From: a virus
Lineage: Duplodnaviria > Caudoviricetes
Length of the DNA: 64,000 nucleotides
Strand: one strand, 5' to 3'
IMG/VR virus record: IMGVR_UViG_3300031519_004880
Location: 1 to 64,000 of that record
Of this stretch, positions 10,665-20,893 are shown piece by piece. Each line of letters opens with the position of its first letter. Within the stretch, counting starts at the first letter, position 1. The translations under genes were made by a program, and so were the position numbers. Under the pieces are notes generated by a model. That model was not told the DNA's origin, ran no database searches, and saw only the letters and a list, made by a program, of their open reading frames with translations.

Positions 10665-11572
10665 AAAAAATATTAATTGTAGGTGATAGTAATGCACTAG
10701 GTGAATGGGGTACTATTATTCCAGGGCCTGCTTGTGCTAACCCTAAACACCCAGAACTGTTTGAGCCGTGGAACAAAGACAAATACTTAGAAGGGTCTGC
10801 ACCTAAGCCTTTTCAAGTTGTATGGCCAGGCTTTGGTTATAACTTAGATCTAATGGGCCACGCTACTGCTAACTATGCATTTGGTGGATCAGGTAACTTT
10901 GAAGCAATTTTTAAAGTAGAAGAAGCACTAGGACTTGCACCTTGTTTTACTAGTCCTGTATTTTATAAACCTAATTTAATTATATGGATGCTTACTGAAC
11001 CTTGCAGAGATTTAAAAAGAAGTTTATGGCCAGACGAAGCAGGACTGTATGACTTACAAAAGTATTATGATGCAAGTGACGCTAAAGTTAAAAATGCTAC
11101 AAGCATCAAAGAGATAAGTGACGAACTACTTACAATAGCATTAGATGGCGCTCAAGCAATTTACGAGCAAACAGGTATACCTTGGTTAGTAATTGAAGGT
11201 TGGGGCAAACTGCCTAAAGATATTAGCAAGTATACTTTTATAAAATATGTACACCGTGATTGGATGGATAAGATACTTGGAAGACCTGTACCATTAATTA
11301 GTAGTTGGGGTACAGCAGAAAATGTACGTAGACGCAGACCAGACCTAACAGAAAATGCCGCAGAAAGTTTGCGTATGTTTGCTAGGCAAAGACCAGAACT
11401 TGGTATTCCTGCCCTACCGGAAGGAAGTGAAGAAACAGAATTTAAACGTATAGTAGATGAATACGAAGACGTGATTAATATTATGACAAAAAGCGACAGG
11501 TTCCCGGATAACTGTCATGCAGATAGAACAATACAAGAGGAACTAGCTAACGAGATAGCACCGCATGTATGA
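10661..11572 (+). CDS. SGNH-like protein
   Basis: ILIVGDSN, NYAFGGSGN, DNCH. Confidence 0.55.
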   Translation: MKKILIVGDSNALGEWGTIIPGPACANPKHPELFEPWNKDKYLEGSAPKPFQVVWPGFGYNLDLMGHATANYAFGGSGNFEAIFKVEEALGLAPCFTSPVFYKPNLIIWMLTEPCRDLKRSLWPDEAGLYDLQKYYDASDAKVKNATSIKEISDELLTIALDGAQAIYEQTGIPWLVIEGWGKLPKDISKYTFIKYVHRDWMDKILGRPVPLISSWGTAENVRRRRPDLTENAAESLRMFARQRPELGIPALPEGSEETEFKRIVDEYEDVINIMTKSDRFPDNCHADRTIQEELANEIAPHV

Positions 11573-12236
11573 TATTGTTTTTATAAGTTACGGAGAAGCA
11601 AACGCTGATAGTAATTGGGATAAACTTAAACAACAGTATCCAATGGCAAAGCGTGTTAAAGATGTTAAAGGAATACATCAAGCACACATTGCAGGAGCAA
11701 AGAAATGCTTTACAAAAATGTTTTGGGTAGTTGATGGCGATGCACAAATAGTTGACGAGTTTAAATTTGATCACGAAGTTAGTAGCTACGACCTAGAGTG
11801 TGTGCATGTATGGAGAGCTAAGAACCCTGTTAACGGATTAGAATACGGATATGGCGGAGTTAAACTGTTACCACGTATGCTTACACTAAAGATGGATACA
11901 AATGTAACAGATATGACAACTAGTATTAGTGATAAATTTAAAGCAATGACAGAAGTTAGTAATGTTACGGCATTTAATACAGATCCACTTAGTACGTGGC
12001 GCGGTGCGTTTAGAGAATGTGCTAAGTTGGCAAGTAAAACAATACAAGGACAACTGGAGGAAGAAACAAATGATAGACTTAAAACTTGGACTACTTATGC
12101 TGAAGGAGTACATAGCGGAGATGCGTTACGAGGTGCTATGGCTGGCATGCGTTTTGGTAATAGCAGTAGCAGTGATCTTAACTTAATAAATAATTTTGAT
12201 TGGCTCAAGGAACAATTCGATAATGATACCATTTAA
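11565..12236 (+). CDS. Glycosyltransferase-like protein (paralog of 3727)
   Basis: DIVFISYGE...AKRVKDVKGIHQAH...FWVVDGD; WRGAFRE matches WRAGFRE of 3727. Confidence 0.6.
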   Translation: MYDIVFISYGEANADSNWDKLKQQYPMAKRVKDVKGIHQAHIAGAKKCFTKMFWVVDGDAQIVDEFKFDHEVSSYDLECVHVWRAKNPVNGLEYGYGGVKLLPRMLTLKMDTNVTDMTTSISDKFKAMTEVSNVTAFNTDPLSTWRGAFRECAKLASKTIQGQLEEETNDRLKTWTTYAEGVHSGDALRGAMAGMRFGNSSSSDLNLINNFDWLKEQFDNDTI

Positions 12237-13191
12237 AGAAATAGCATCATTTGGGCAACAAACAATGTTAGACAAACCGTTGTTTAATGTTAGTTGGATT
12301 CTTGGTCGCTTCTGTAATTACAGTTGTAGTTACTGCTGGCCGTATGCTAATTCTAATAAACCTGATCATCAAGCATTTGAACTTTATACAAATACTATTG
12401 ACGAAATAAAACGTCAAGCAAGAGCAAACGGATTTACAGAATTCCATTTTAGTTTTAGCGGCGGTGAACCAACTGCCTACAAATTGTTTAGTGAGCTAGT
12501 AGCATACTATGCTGATGATGCAGATGCTAAGTATCAAAGCGTACACATGACAACTAATCTAAGTCCAGGAAGCAAATGGTGGAACAAATGGTTAGAAACT
12601 ACAAGTAGTCTACAACGTAGAAGTATTACAGCAAGTTACCATGCAGAGTTTGCTAAAGAGCAAGAGTTTGGTGACAAGTGTTTACAATTAATGAAAGGTG
12701 GAGTATATGTTACGATCAATCAAGTTATGGTTCCTGAAATGTTTGAAGAACTTTACGAACGCTTACAACGATTTGCCGCCAGAGGCATTAATGTTACTCT
12801 CAAACCCCAATCTGATCCTACCGCCTCGTTTATCATCAATGGATATACTACCGACCAAATCGAAAAAATGCAAAAAGGGTTCCCGCAAGAATGGAACGGA
12901 GAAGAAGTCTATCAAATTAGACTAACTGATGTTAGTGGCTCTACGCATTTTATAGATCAAGCAGAGCGATTAAATGCATACGGGTTTAATAAATTTGAAG
13001 GGTGGAACTGCAATGCAGGCTATCAGAGTTGTATCATACGTGGCAATGAAGTTAAGAGAGCATATAGTTGTAGCGATGAACCACTAGGTACGCTACAAGA
13101 CGGTTTTACGCTGTTTAAGACACCATCTAAATGTGTAACTGCTACATGTGTAAGTAGTGCAGATAGTAAAATACCAAAGGTAGTAGCATGA
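12223..13191 (+). CDS. Radical SAM protein with C-terminal Cys-rich (twitch-like) domain
   Basis: CNYSCSYC, FSGGEPT; C-terminal WNCNAG...C...C....C; likely start ATG 12223. Confidence 0.9.
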   Translation: MIPFKEIASFGQQTMLDKPLFNVSWILGRFCNYSCSYCWPYANSNKPDHQAFELYTNTIDEIKRQARANGFTEFHFSFSGGEPTAYKLFSELVAYYADDADAKYQSVHMTTNLSPGSKWWNKWLETTSSLQRRSITASYHAEFAKEQEFGDKCLQLMKGGVYVTINQVMVPEMFEELYERLQRFAARGINVTLKPQSDPTASFIINGYTTDQIEKMQKGFPQEWNGEEVYQIRLTDVSGSTHFIDQAERLNAYGFNKFEGWNCNAGYQSCIIRGNEVKRAYSCSDEPLGTLQDGFTLFKTPSKCVTATCVSSADSKIPKVVA

Positions 13192-13421
13192 CTAATTTAA
13201 GCATCAAAGACCTAGCAACACTAGCAATGGAGTCTGAAAGTATTGACCCTATAGATTGGGGCGAACTTAATATTAATGAAGAACAAGCGTTTTTATTAAT
13301 GGCTAGTCACGTATTGGAAATGCATCAAAGAACACCAGAGCCTGAGATAATGATGGCAACTGTGACTAAATTATTAGTAGAAAATTTTACACTTAATTTA
13401 AAATTACAAGGAAAACGATGA
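13188..13421 (+). CDS. Hypothetical protein
   Basis: 77 aa, translationally coupled on both sides. Confidence 0.6.
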   Translation: MTNLSIKDLATLAMESESIDPIDWGELNINEEQAFLLMASHVLEMHQRTPEPEIMMATVTKLLVENFTLNLKLQGKR

Positions 13422-14020
13422 AGATTGATATTCAAGACATAAAGTTTTGGGCAGATGCTATTCGCAATAGTGCAGACAGAGATCGTACCTTAGAAAGTTT
13501 ATGGGGAGGCCAACTCCAATCAAAGACTTGGCTAATTGAAATACTTGAAAAGAGAGCTCATATTGCTAACGCTGATATAGTTATTTTTGGAGGGTGGAAT
13601 GGTGTACTTGCTAGTATGATGTTTAATAGCGACCTAGGAACTAAACATATCACTAGTATTGATATTGACCCCGCCTGTGAAAAAATTGCATCAACAGTTA
13701 ACAAGCGTCAAGAAATGGAAGGACGTTTTAACGCAGTAACAGCAGATATGTGCAAGTACGAGTACACAACTGATCCGTACTTTGTTATTAATACAAGTTG
13801 CGAACACATTACGCCTATGCAATATAAAACTTGGTTAGAGAGAGTTCCTAAAGGAACAAAAGTTATATTGCAAAGTAATAACTATTATGAGTTAGACGAA
13901 CATGTTAATTGTGTAAGCTCGTTAGAAGAATTTAAAAAAACATGTAATGTAGATATTGATGCGGCACATGAATTAGAGTTACCAAAGTATAAAAGATTTA
14001 TGATTATAGGAAATGTATAA
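13418..14020 (+). CDS. Class I SAM-dependent methyltransferase-like
   Basis: IVIFGGWNG (motif I variant), SIDID acidic motif, VTADM, VINTSCEH. Confidence 0.7.
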   Translation: MKIDIQDIKFWADAIRNSADRDRTLESLWGGQLQSKTWLIEILEKRAHIANADIVIFGGWNGVLASMMFNSDLGTKHITSIDIDPACEKIASTVNKRQEMEGRFNAVTADMCKYEYTTDPYFVINTSCEHITPMQYKTWLERVPKGTKVILQSNNYYELDEHVNCVSSLEEFKKTCNVDIDAAHELELPKYKRFMIIGNV

Positions 14021-15018
14021 TGTATAACTACGAAGACATAACGTCAATACATTTAGAAGTTACAACTAGGTGTCAAGCACGTTGTCCTATGTGTCCAAGA
14101 AGAGTCAACGGAGGCCCAGAACTTGACGGATTAGATCTTACAGAAATTAGTTACGCTACTTTTATAGAGTGGTTTCCTATAAGTTTTGTACAGCAACTAA
14201 AGTTTTTAAATATGTGTGGCAACTTAGGCGATCCTATTATGGCCAAAGATACTCTAGGCATAATGCAATACTTACGTAAGCATAATCCTGAAATGACTTT
14301 ACAAATGCACACTAACGGAAGTGCTAGAACTTCAAGTTGGTTCAAAGGACTTGCAGAAGCAGGAGTAAAGATTGTATTTGGTATTGATGGCTTAGGAGAT
14401 ACTCATTCACTATACAGAATTAGTACAGACTTTAATAAGATTCTAAAAAATGCACAAACATTTATTGATGCAGGCGGAGATGCAAGATGGGATATGCTAG
14501 TATTTGCACACAACGAACATCAAGTAGATGCATGTGAGCAACTAAGTAAAGACATGGGCTTTAAAGGATTTAGTATTAAGCACACTACTAGATTTAAAGA
14601 CGGACAGTTTGAAGTTATTGATGACAATTATAATGTAACACACATATTATTACCATCGCAAAAAAGTTTAGAAATGATAGCACCAGCAGAAAAAGCTAGG
14701 AAAGAAACATTACCAACTATTAATTGTAAGGCAGTTGAAGATAAACAAATGTATATTGCCGCTAATGGAAATGTTAGTCCATGTTGTTGGCTAGATTTAG
14801 AATGGTTACCACAACACTCCCATTCAAGAATAGATTATATGATAAAAATTAAAGAATACCCTAATTTACATAAGTATTCATTTGCAGAGATCTTTAACAA
14901 CGGCTTCTTTAACAAGATTAGTAGTTGTTGGAATTCCACTGGACTTAAAGAATGTTCGAAACAATGTGGAAGTTTTGATAAACTAAATGCACAATTTGAA
15001 AGGCACGAACATGAGTAA
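14020..15018 (+). CDS. Radical SAM protein with C-terminal twitch/SPASM domain
   Basis: CQARCPMC, CGNLGDP; C-terminal C...GNVSPCC...CSKQCG. Confidence 0.9.
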   Translation: MYNYEDITSIHLEVTTRCQARCPMCPRRVNGGPELDGLDLTEISYATFIEWFPISFVQQLKFLNMCGNLGDPIMAKDTLGIMQYLRKHNPEMTLQMHTNGSARTSSWFKGLAEAGVKIVFGIDGLGDTHSLYRISTDFNKILKNAQTFIDAGGDARWDMLVFAHNEHQVDACEQLSKDMGFKGFSIKHTTRFKDGQFEVIDDNYNVTHILLPSQKSLEMIAPAEKARKETLPTINCKAVEDKQMYIAANGNVSPCCWLDLEWLPQHSHSRIDYMIKIKEYPNLHKYSFAEIFNNGFFNKISSCWNSTGLKECSKQCGSFDKLNAQFERHEHE

Positions 15019-16312
15019 GACATTTTGCCCTTTACCGTGGATACACTTAGCAACTCGACCTAATGGTGACGTTAGAGTTTGTTGTACGGCTAATGCATCA
15101 GGTGCAGGACTTGAAGACGATAAAACAGTAGGCCTTGTTAAAAAGGACGGCATTGCTATGAACATGCGTAACCATACTATTGAAGAAGTATGGAACAGTG
15201 AACATATGCGTACTACACGATTACAAATGCTTAATGAAGAAGTTCCGGCAAGTTGTCGTAAATGCTTTGCAGAAGAAGAACGTGGCATTGTGAGTAAGCG
15301 TCAGTGGGAAACTAAAGTATGGAATAAACGGTTAGACATTGAAAGTATTGTAGCAAAAACAGATGATCAAGGTAACATACCTGTTAACATTCCTTACTTT
15401 GACCTACGACTTGGAAATCTATGTCAACTAAAGTGCGTTATGTGTAGTCCACATGATTCAAGCAGTTGGATTAAAGAATGGAAACTGCAAAAGCCCAAAT
15501 ACAGAGACAAGAATTTAATTGCAGACACAAGTTGGGACGAAGACTTTGATTATACTTGGTATAAGAAAGGTTCTTTTATAGAATCAATGAAAGGCCAATC
15601 ACAGCATATCAAAGAATTATACTTTGCTGGTGGCGAACCATTGCTAATACCAGAGCATTATGCTATACTACAGTTTATGGTTGATAATAATTATGCTAAA
15701 GATATTTGTATACGTTATAACAGTAACGGATTAGAGTTGCCTGACAAATTATTTGTACTATGGCAACACTTTAAAGAAATTACATTTAATTTTAGTATAG
15801 ATGCATATGGTGACAGGAATGATTATATACGTTATCCAAGTAAGTGGGCTGATATTCAAAAAAACTTGCATAAACTTGACTCAAGTCTAAATAATATTAT
15901 AATAAACGTTGCGGCCGCAGTACAATTATTAAATGTTGCATACATACATGAACTAGCTGAGTGGAAAATGGATCAAGGCTTTAGTAAAGTTAATGTATTA
16001 CCGTTTGGTGGCGGACTAATTAATACGCATTTAGTTTATTTTCCTAGTTACTTAAATGTTAGAACATTACCTAGAGAGCTTAAAGAGTTTGCTAAGGGTA
16101 ATATTGAAAGTTTTATTCAAAGACAGAAGTTTAATACAGATTGGAACAATCATGCAATGGGTAAACCACGCTGGGACGGAATTGTTAACTATATGATGTC
16201 AGAAGATTGGTCTGATAAGTTACCACAGCTACAAGACTACCTACGAGTATTAGACGAACGCCGCGGAACGGACTTTAGAAAAACGTTTCCGGAATTAGGA
16301 AAACATATATAA
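15011..16312 (+). CDS. Radical SAM protein with N-terminal twitch domain
   Basis: FCPLPWIH...VCC...CRKC; CQLKCVMC; FAGGEP; likely start ATG 15011. Confidence 0.9.
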   Translation: MSKTFCPLPWIHLATRPNGDVRVCCTANASGAGLEDDKTVGLVKKDGIAMNMRNHTIEEVWNSEHMRTTRLQMLNEEVPASCRKCFAEEERGIVSKRQWETKVWNKRLDIESIVAKTDDQGNIPVNIPYFDLRLGNLCQLKCVMCSPHDSSSWIKEWKLQKPKYRDKNLIADTSWDEDFDYTWYKKGSFIESMKGQSQHIKELYFAGGEPLLIPEHYAILQFMVDNNYAKDICIRYNSNGLELPDKLFVLWQHFKEITFNFSIDAYGDRNDYIRYPSKWADIQKNLHKLDSSLNNIIINVAAAVQLLNVAYIHELAEWKMDQGFSKVNVLPFGGGLINTHLVYFPSYLNVRTLPRELKEFAKGNIESFIQRQKFNTDWNNHAMGKPRWDGIVNYMMSEDWSDKLPQLQDYLRVLDERRGTDFRKTFPELGKHI

Positions 16313-16890
16313 TGGACGTAGGATATAAGGTTGTTTGCCATGATGTAGATCCTATAGAACTACATGAACAAACTGTTATTGGTACAGAAGAAAAGAATGC
16401 AAATCTTATTGTGCGTTCTACTGCTAACGAACAGTTGTTATATATTGACGGAGCCACAGGTGGCAATGAACCTATTTTTCTTGGAATAACTAAATCAAGA
16501 GGAACACAGCAGAATAAGTTACCAGTTGAACCAGGAGATAACTTAGGTGGTGTTCAAATTTATGGAAGAACTAAGCCAGGCAGTAGTTTAGGGTATTGTC
16601 ATGATGAAACACCGTTGAATGGTGCTATACAATTTTTTGTATCTAAGGATTATAATAAACAAGGTGCAGTTGCTAATGAGATGGTTATAGCATTGTCTAA
16701 TAATACAGACATGTCTATTAAATTAAAACTTGATAGTAATGGTAACTTAATTACACAAGGTAATATAACTAGTGGTAATTTAAAAATAACAGACACAGTA
16801 GTTAACGAAGTAGGACCAATAGAGAAATATGTTCAAGTTGAATTAGATGGCAACAAATATGCTATGCCATTGTACAGGATATCAACATGA
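16312..16890 (+). CDS. Fibre-like beta-module protein
   Basis: KSRGTQQNKLPVEPGDNLG shares G-x10-GD-x-LG with the fibre at 33870; LKLDSNGNL. Confidence 0.5.
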   Translation: MDVGYKVVCHDVDPIELHEQTVIGTEEKNANLIVRSTANEQLLYIDGATGGNEPIFLGITKSRGTQQNKLPVEPGDNLGGVQIYGRTKPGSSLGYCHDETPLNGAIQFFVSKDYNKQGAVANEMVIALSNNTDMSIKLKLDSNGNLITQGNITSGNLKITDTVVNEVGPIEKYVQVELDGNKYAMPLYRIST

Positions 16891-17588
16891 ACAAAATAGT
16901 TTGGAAACATATTGACTATAACAACGACAGTCTTAATAGTATAGCAAGAAATATTGCTGAGTATCATACTGCTCATGCACTAAAAGTTAAGTACTCTACA
17001 ACTAAAGGTGTACCGATTGGAACTATCTTCTTAGATGTTCCAAGAACAAAACAAAATACAGTTGAAAATATTAGTGCGTTAAATAGTATTTTAAATTATA
17101 ATGTATATTTTAAAGAGAATACTGAAGTACCGTTAAAAACAATAATTGATCCTGATTGTGTTGTTGCGTTAGCAAGTGGTGACACTCCAAGTCAGTTACT
17201 AGCCAAACATACATATGTTATTGATATTAGTCCAATGGCATTAGAAAAAACAAGAGAAAAATATAATATAGATGTAACTAAGAGCTACAATTACAACCAA
17301 GTTGATTTATTTGATATACGAGCTGTAGAACAGTTTTTAACAAAATGCCAAGGTAATGTAGGATTATTTTGTTTAAGTAATGTATTTTTATACTTTCCTA
17401 ATTGCATAATGTTTGATGCAAAGGCAAGACTTAAAAAACAAAACGAATTAATTAGTTTATTAGCACAAGATAAAATTAAATGGTATGTTGATATGATAAC
17501 AGTCAATGGAACATATATTCAAACACTAGCAAGTGAATTAGTAGACATGACGTTAGACGATAAATTTAAAGAATTGCCATGGATCTAG
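16887..17588 (+). CDS. Hypothetical protein (possibly degenerate Rossmann/methyltransferase fold)
   Basis: YVIDISP, QVDLFD, FCLSNVF pattern; coupled ORF. Confidence 0.45.
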   Translation: MNKIVWKHIDYNNDSLNSIARNIAEYHTAHALKVKYSTTKGVPIGTIFLDVPRTKQNTVENISALNSILNYNVYFKENTEVPLKTIIDPDCVVALASGDTPSQLLAKHTYVIDISPMALEKTREKYNIDVTKSYNYNQVDLFDIRAVEQFLTKCQGNVGLFCLSNVFLYFPNCIMFDAKARLKKQNELISLLAQDKIKWYVDMITVNGTYIQTLASELVDMTLDDKFKELPWI

Positions 17589-18223
17589 TAGAAAAGTTTA
17601 ACTGGATTAGACACAACAGCGGCCTTGCTACACTTCTGTTAGATATTCCAAAGCCTTCAAATGATATTAGAGATGAAATATTAAAAAGTGTTGACATTGC
17701 TGTTCCCCATAGGGATACTGATGGCAAAGGTTGGCGCAGTTTAACACTTCACGGACACAGTTCTATAATGACTGACAGTGATGATGCTTACAAAGAAAAA
17801 GGATTCACATTAGGTACTAAAGAATGGACTGATATAGCAAAGCACTTTCCGTTAACTAAACAATGGATTACTAAAAATATACCTTTTGAAAAGTATGGAA
17901 GAATTAGAATAATGATAGTTGACCCAGGCGGGTATGTTAGTCCACACAAAGACTTTTTACATGGACAATTATTAGGCGGAATCAATATTGCTATTACACA
18001 CCCCAAAGAAGTAGTGTTTAACATTGAAAATTATGGTAATGTAGAATGGCAAGAAGGTGAATCGAGACTAATTGATCTAGGAAGTATACATCAAATTACA
18101 AACAACAGTAGCAAATCTAGGATACATATAATTGTACACAGTGAACCAATTGATCAGTGGAATGAAACAATTATGCAATTAGTCTGCAACAGTTACAACA
18201 AGGAATATAATGGAACAAAATAA
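17579..18223 (+). CDS. Aspartyl/asparaginyl beta-hydroxylase-like 2OG-Fe(II) oxygenase
   Basis: RIRIMIVDPGGYVSPHKD...IHQITN...RIHIIV (HxD...H, Arg). Confidence 0.85.
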   Translation: MDLVEKFNWIRHNSGLATLLLDIPKPSNDIRDEILKSVDIAVPHRDTDGKGWRSLTLHGHSSIMTDSDDAYKEKGFTLGTKEWTDIAKHFPLTKQWITKNIPFEKYGRIRIMIVDPGGYVSPHKDFLHGQLLGGINIAITHPKEVVFNIENYGNVEWQEGESRLIDLGSIHQITNNSSKSRIHIIVHSEPIDQWNETIMQLVCNSYNKEYNGTK

Positions 18224-18866
18224 TATTGAAAGAGCCTTACTATGGAATAGCCTGTGTAACATGGGAGACATGGTTAAACTAAAGTTAAAAGTTGACGGAC
18301 ACAACCTTGTACAGGAACTAGAGCAATTTAAAGATAACTGGTGTCCTTATAACCAAAAGAAAGATGCCCATAACAATCGTTGGGGATTACCTGTTACAAG
18401 TCACACAGGTGATGTAATGGACAACTATCATTTAAACAGCTTTGGTCACATGCAACGTTATCACGATGTTGAAATGAAAGAAGAAAACTTTACAACACCA
18501 ACAGAAGTGTATAAGAATATTCCACAACTTGCTAGTTTAGTAGATACGTTTGCACCTGACATTGGTCGAGTGCATTTACTTAGAGTAGATGAAGGTGGGT
18601 TCTTTCCGCCACACAGAGACTTTCCAGGAGTAGGTCCAGAGTACTTTAGACTGTTATGCACGTTTGGCAAAGCACAACCAGAGAACTATGCACACATACT
18701 TGACAAGCAATTAATCTACCCTGATCCAGAGTATGTACACTTTATTAACTTTCAAAAAGAGCATAGTGTGTTTAGTTACACTAACGGATTACATTCATTA
18801 ATACTCACAGTTAAATTAAATCAACGCACACATGATTTAATTATTAAGCACAGCATGAGCGAATGA
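18210..18866 (+). CDS. AspH-like 2OG-Fe(II) oxygenase
   Basis: GRVHLLRVDEGGFFPPHRD...EHSV. Confidence 0.75.
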   Translation: MEQNNIERALLWNSLCNMGDMVKLKLKVDGHNLVQELEQFKDNWCPYNQKKDAHNNRWGLPVTSHTGDVMDNYHLNSFGHMQRYHDVEMKEENFTTPTEVYKNIPQLASLVDTFAPDIGRVHLLRVDEGGFFPPHRDFPGVGPEYFRLLCTFGKAQPENYAHILDKQLIYPDPEYVHFINFQKEHSVFSYTNGLHSLILTVKLNQRTHDLIIKHSMSE

Positions 18867-19768
18867 AATTAACCTACGAAGATAAAGCAAAAAATGATTG
18901 GTTCCTAGTAAGTTGGACTTTAAGTAATAAGTGTAACTACCGATGTTCGTACTGCCCAGACATATTACATAACGGAAGTACAGGACAACCTAAATGGGAA
19001 ACTGTTAAAAATTTTGTTGAGAACTTTAAAGTTCCTAAGGAAATCTGCTATCGACTAAGCGGAGGAGAACCTACGTATTGGAAACACTTTATTGATCTTG
19101 CAAAGTTAGTTAAGCAACAAGGCCACACATTTAGTTTTGTTACTAACGGTAGTCAAAAGGTTGAATACTTTAAAGAAATTGATCAGTACACAGATGGAAT
19201 GATGATAAGTTATCATCCTGAATATTCTGATGCTAAACACTTTGTTAATATTGCAAATGAAACAAACTGTGAAATCATTGTTAACTTAATGTTACCAGAG
19301 GGCGAGGAAGCATTTAAAGAACAATACGAAATAGCAAAGTTCTTATTTGAAAATACTGATAGAATGACAATATGGCCCAAAGTTATTTTAGATAAAACTA
19401 GTGGAGACTATATTACTAATACAGTGGCCCCTTATACTAAAGAACAAAAAGAAATTATTGGGTTATGGCCATTTGCTAGACCTGTTAATGACAAGCATCT
19501 TCATAGAGGAGACTTATTACTAGACTCTGAATACGTTACAGCAAACGATTTAATTGTGTCTGATATGAATAAGTTTAGCGGTTGGAAATGTTGGGCCGGA
19601 CTTGACGGAATTAATGTAGACATGTGGGGTAACATGTACAGAGCAGATTGTCAGTTTGGAGGACCAATTGGAAACCTAGAACGATATAGCTTGCCTACTG
19701 AACCTATCATGTGCGGTAAAAGTGTATGCGGGTGTTTAAGCGATATATACATTAGGAAAGAACAATAA
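18863..19768 (+). CDS. Radical SAM protein with C-terminal Cys-rich domain (paralog of 12223)
   Basis: CNYRCSYC, LSGGEPT; WKCWAG...DC...CGKSVCGC. Confidence 0.9.
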   Translation: MKLTYEDKAKNDWFLVSWTLSNKCNYRCSYCPDILHNGSTGQPKWETVKNFVENFKVPKEICYRLSGGEPTYWKHFIDLAKLVKQQGHTFSFVTNGSQKVEYFKEIDQYTDGMMISYHPEYSDAKHFVNIANETNCEIIVNLMLPEGEEAFKEQYEIAKFLFENTDRMTIWPKVILDKTSGDYITNTVAPYTKEQKEIIGLWPFARPVNDKHLHRGDLLLDSEYVTANDLIVSDMNKFSGWKCWAGLDGINVDMWGNMYRADCQFGGPIGNLERYSLPTEPIMCGKSVCGCLSDIYIRKEQ

Positions 19769-19771
19769 CAT

Positions 19772-20893
19772 TTATTTAAACAATGGACTAAGTTCTGGAC
19801 AATAGTCTAGTACGTTTTCGTTTCTAATTTTATCTAAATCTTTTGTATACTTAACAAACAAGTCTAACAAGTTACTATCGTCTTTGCTATTATAATTTAT
19901 ATTAGGAAATCTAAAATCAATTTTGTCTAATACGCTGTTAGGTAAGACTTGCGGATTTAAGTAGGCAGGTGTTGCCACAACATTTGTAAAATATATTTCC
20001 CAGTTGTCTTGTTTATTTTCTTCAAACCACTGATGTAGTTTATCTAAGTGTGCAATATTATATGCCATAACAGTTGTGGTAATAATTACTCTATCAAAAT
20101 TAAATTGTTTTAAATTTTCATTTAGTTGTGCAAACGTAAAGTTTTTACCACCTCTAATATATTCGTATAGTCCTTCAGTACCTTCAACACTTATATTCCA
20201 TTTAGTTTTTCCAAACTGTTTTGCAAGTACATGTACTTCTTCATCTACGATAGTGCCATTAGTAGTCCAGTCAAGTGTAATGTTTTTAGCAATACCTAAG
20301 TCTATAAATTTTTGTAGTATAATTTTATTAGCAGGCTCCATATAAGGTTCACCACCTAGTATACTTAGATATTGTAAGTTCATAAATGGCCTAGGATCTT
20401 CAAACAACCGTTCTATAATTTGTTCGCTTTTATTTGTATAACCAAACTCTGGATGTTTAACAGGGCGTTGATAATTGCTGTCTAAATTATGTAATTTAAT
20501 ATCATCTTTAACCCAAGCACTAGAAGCAAGACCGCTACACATACGACATTTCAAATTGCAAATATTACTCATATTAAACTCCAAAAAGTAAATATCTGTA
20601 AAGTTTTTTGAGTAGTCGTAATTGGTGTTATCCAACATTGGATTAAGTGTATCACGGAAGAATATACGCCTGCTATGACCTACAGATTCTTCTTTTAAAG
20701 TACATTGTTGACAAGCTGGCGGTAACACTCCATTACGGAAGCTATCCTTTGTGTGTGACGCTGTAAGACTGTCTAAGACGGTGTTTAACGGTGTTGTAAG
20801 CACGTTACCATAGCGTTCTTTATACACACAACAAGGTACAATGTCACCATTAAAGCGTACAGTAATACTATGCCAAGGAGCAAAACATTTCAT
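19772..20893 (-). CDS. Radical SAM protein with N-terminal twitch domain
   Basis: CFAPWH...PCC...CQQC; CNLKCRMC; LGGEP. Confidence 0.9.
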   Translation of the reverse strand: MKCFAPWHSITVRFNGDIVPCCVYKERYGNVLTTPLNTVLDSLTASHTKDSFRNGVLPPACQQCTLKEESVGHSRRIFFRDTLNPMLDNTNYDYSKNFTDIYFLEFNMSNICNLKCRMCSGLASSAWVKDDIKLHNLDSNYQRPVKHPEFGYTNKSEQIIERLFEDPRPFMNLQYLSILGGEPYMEPANKIILQKFIDLGIAKNITLDWTTNGTIVDEEVHVLAKQFGKTKWNISVEGTEGLYEYIRGGKNFTFAQLNENLKQFNFDRVIITTTVMAYNIAHLDKLHQWFEENKQDNWEIYFTNVVATPAYLNPQVLPNSVLDKIDFRFPNINYNSKDDSNLLDLFVKYTKDLDKIRNENVLDYCPELSPLFK

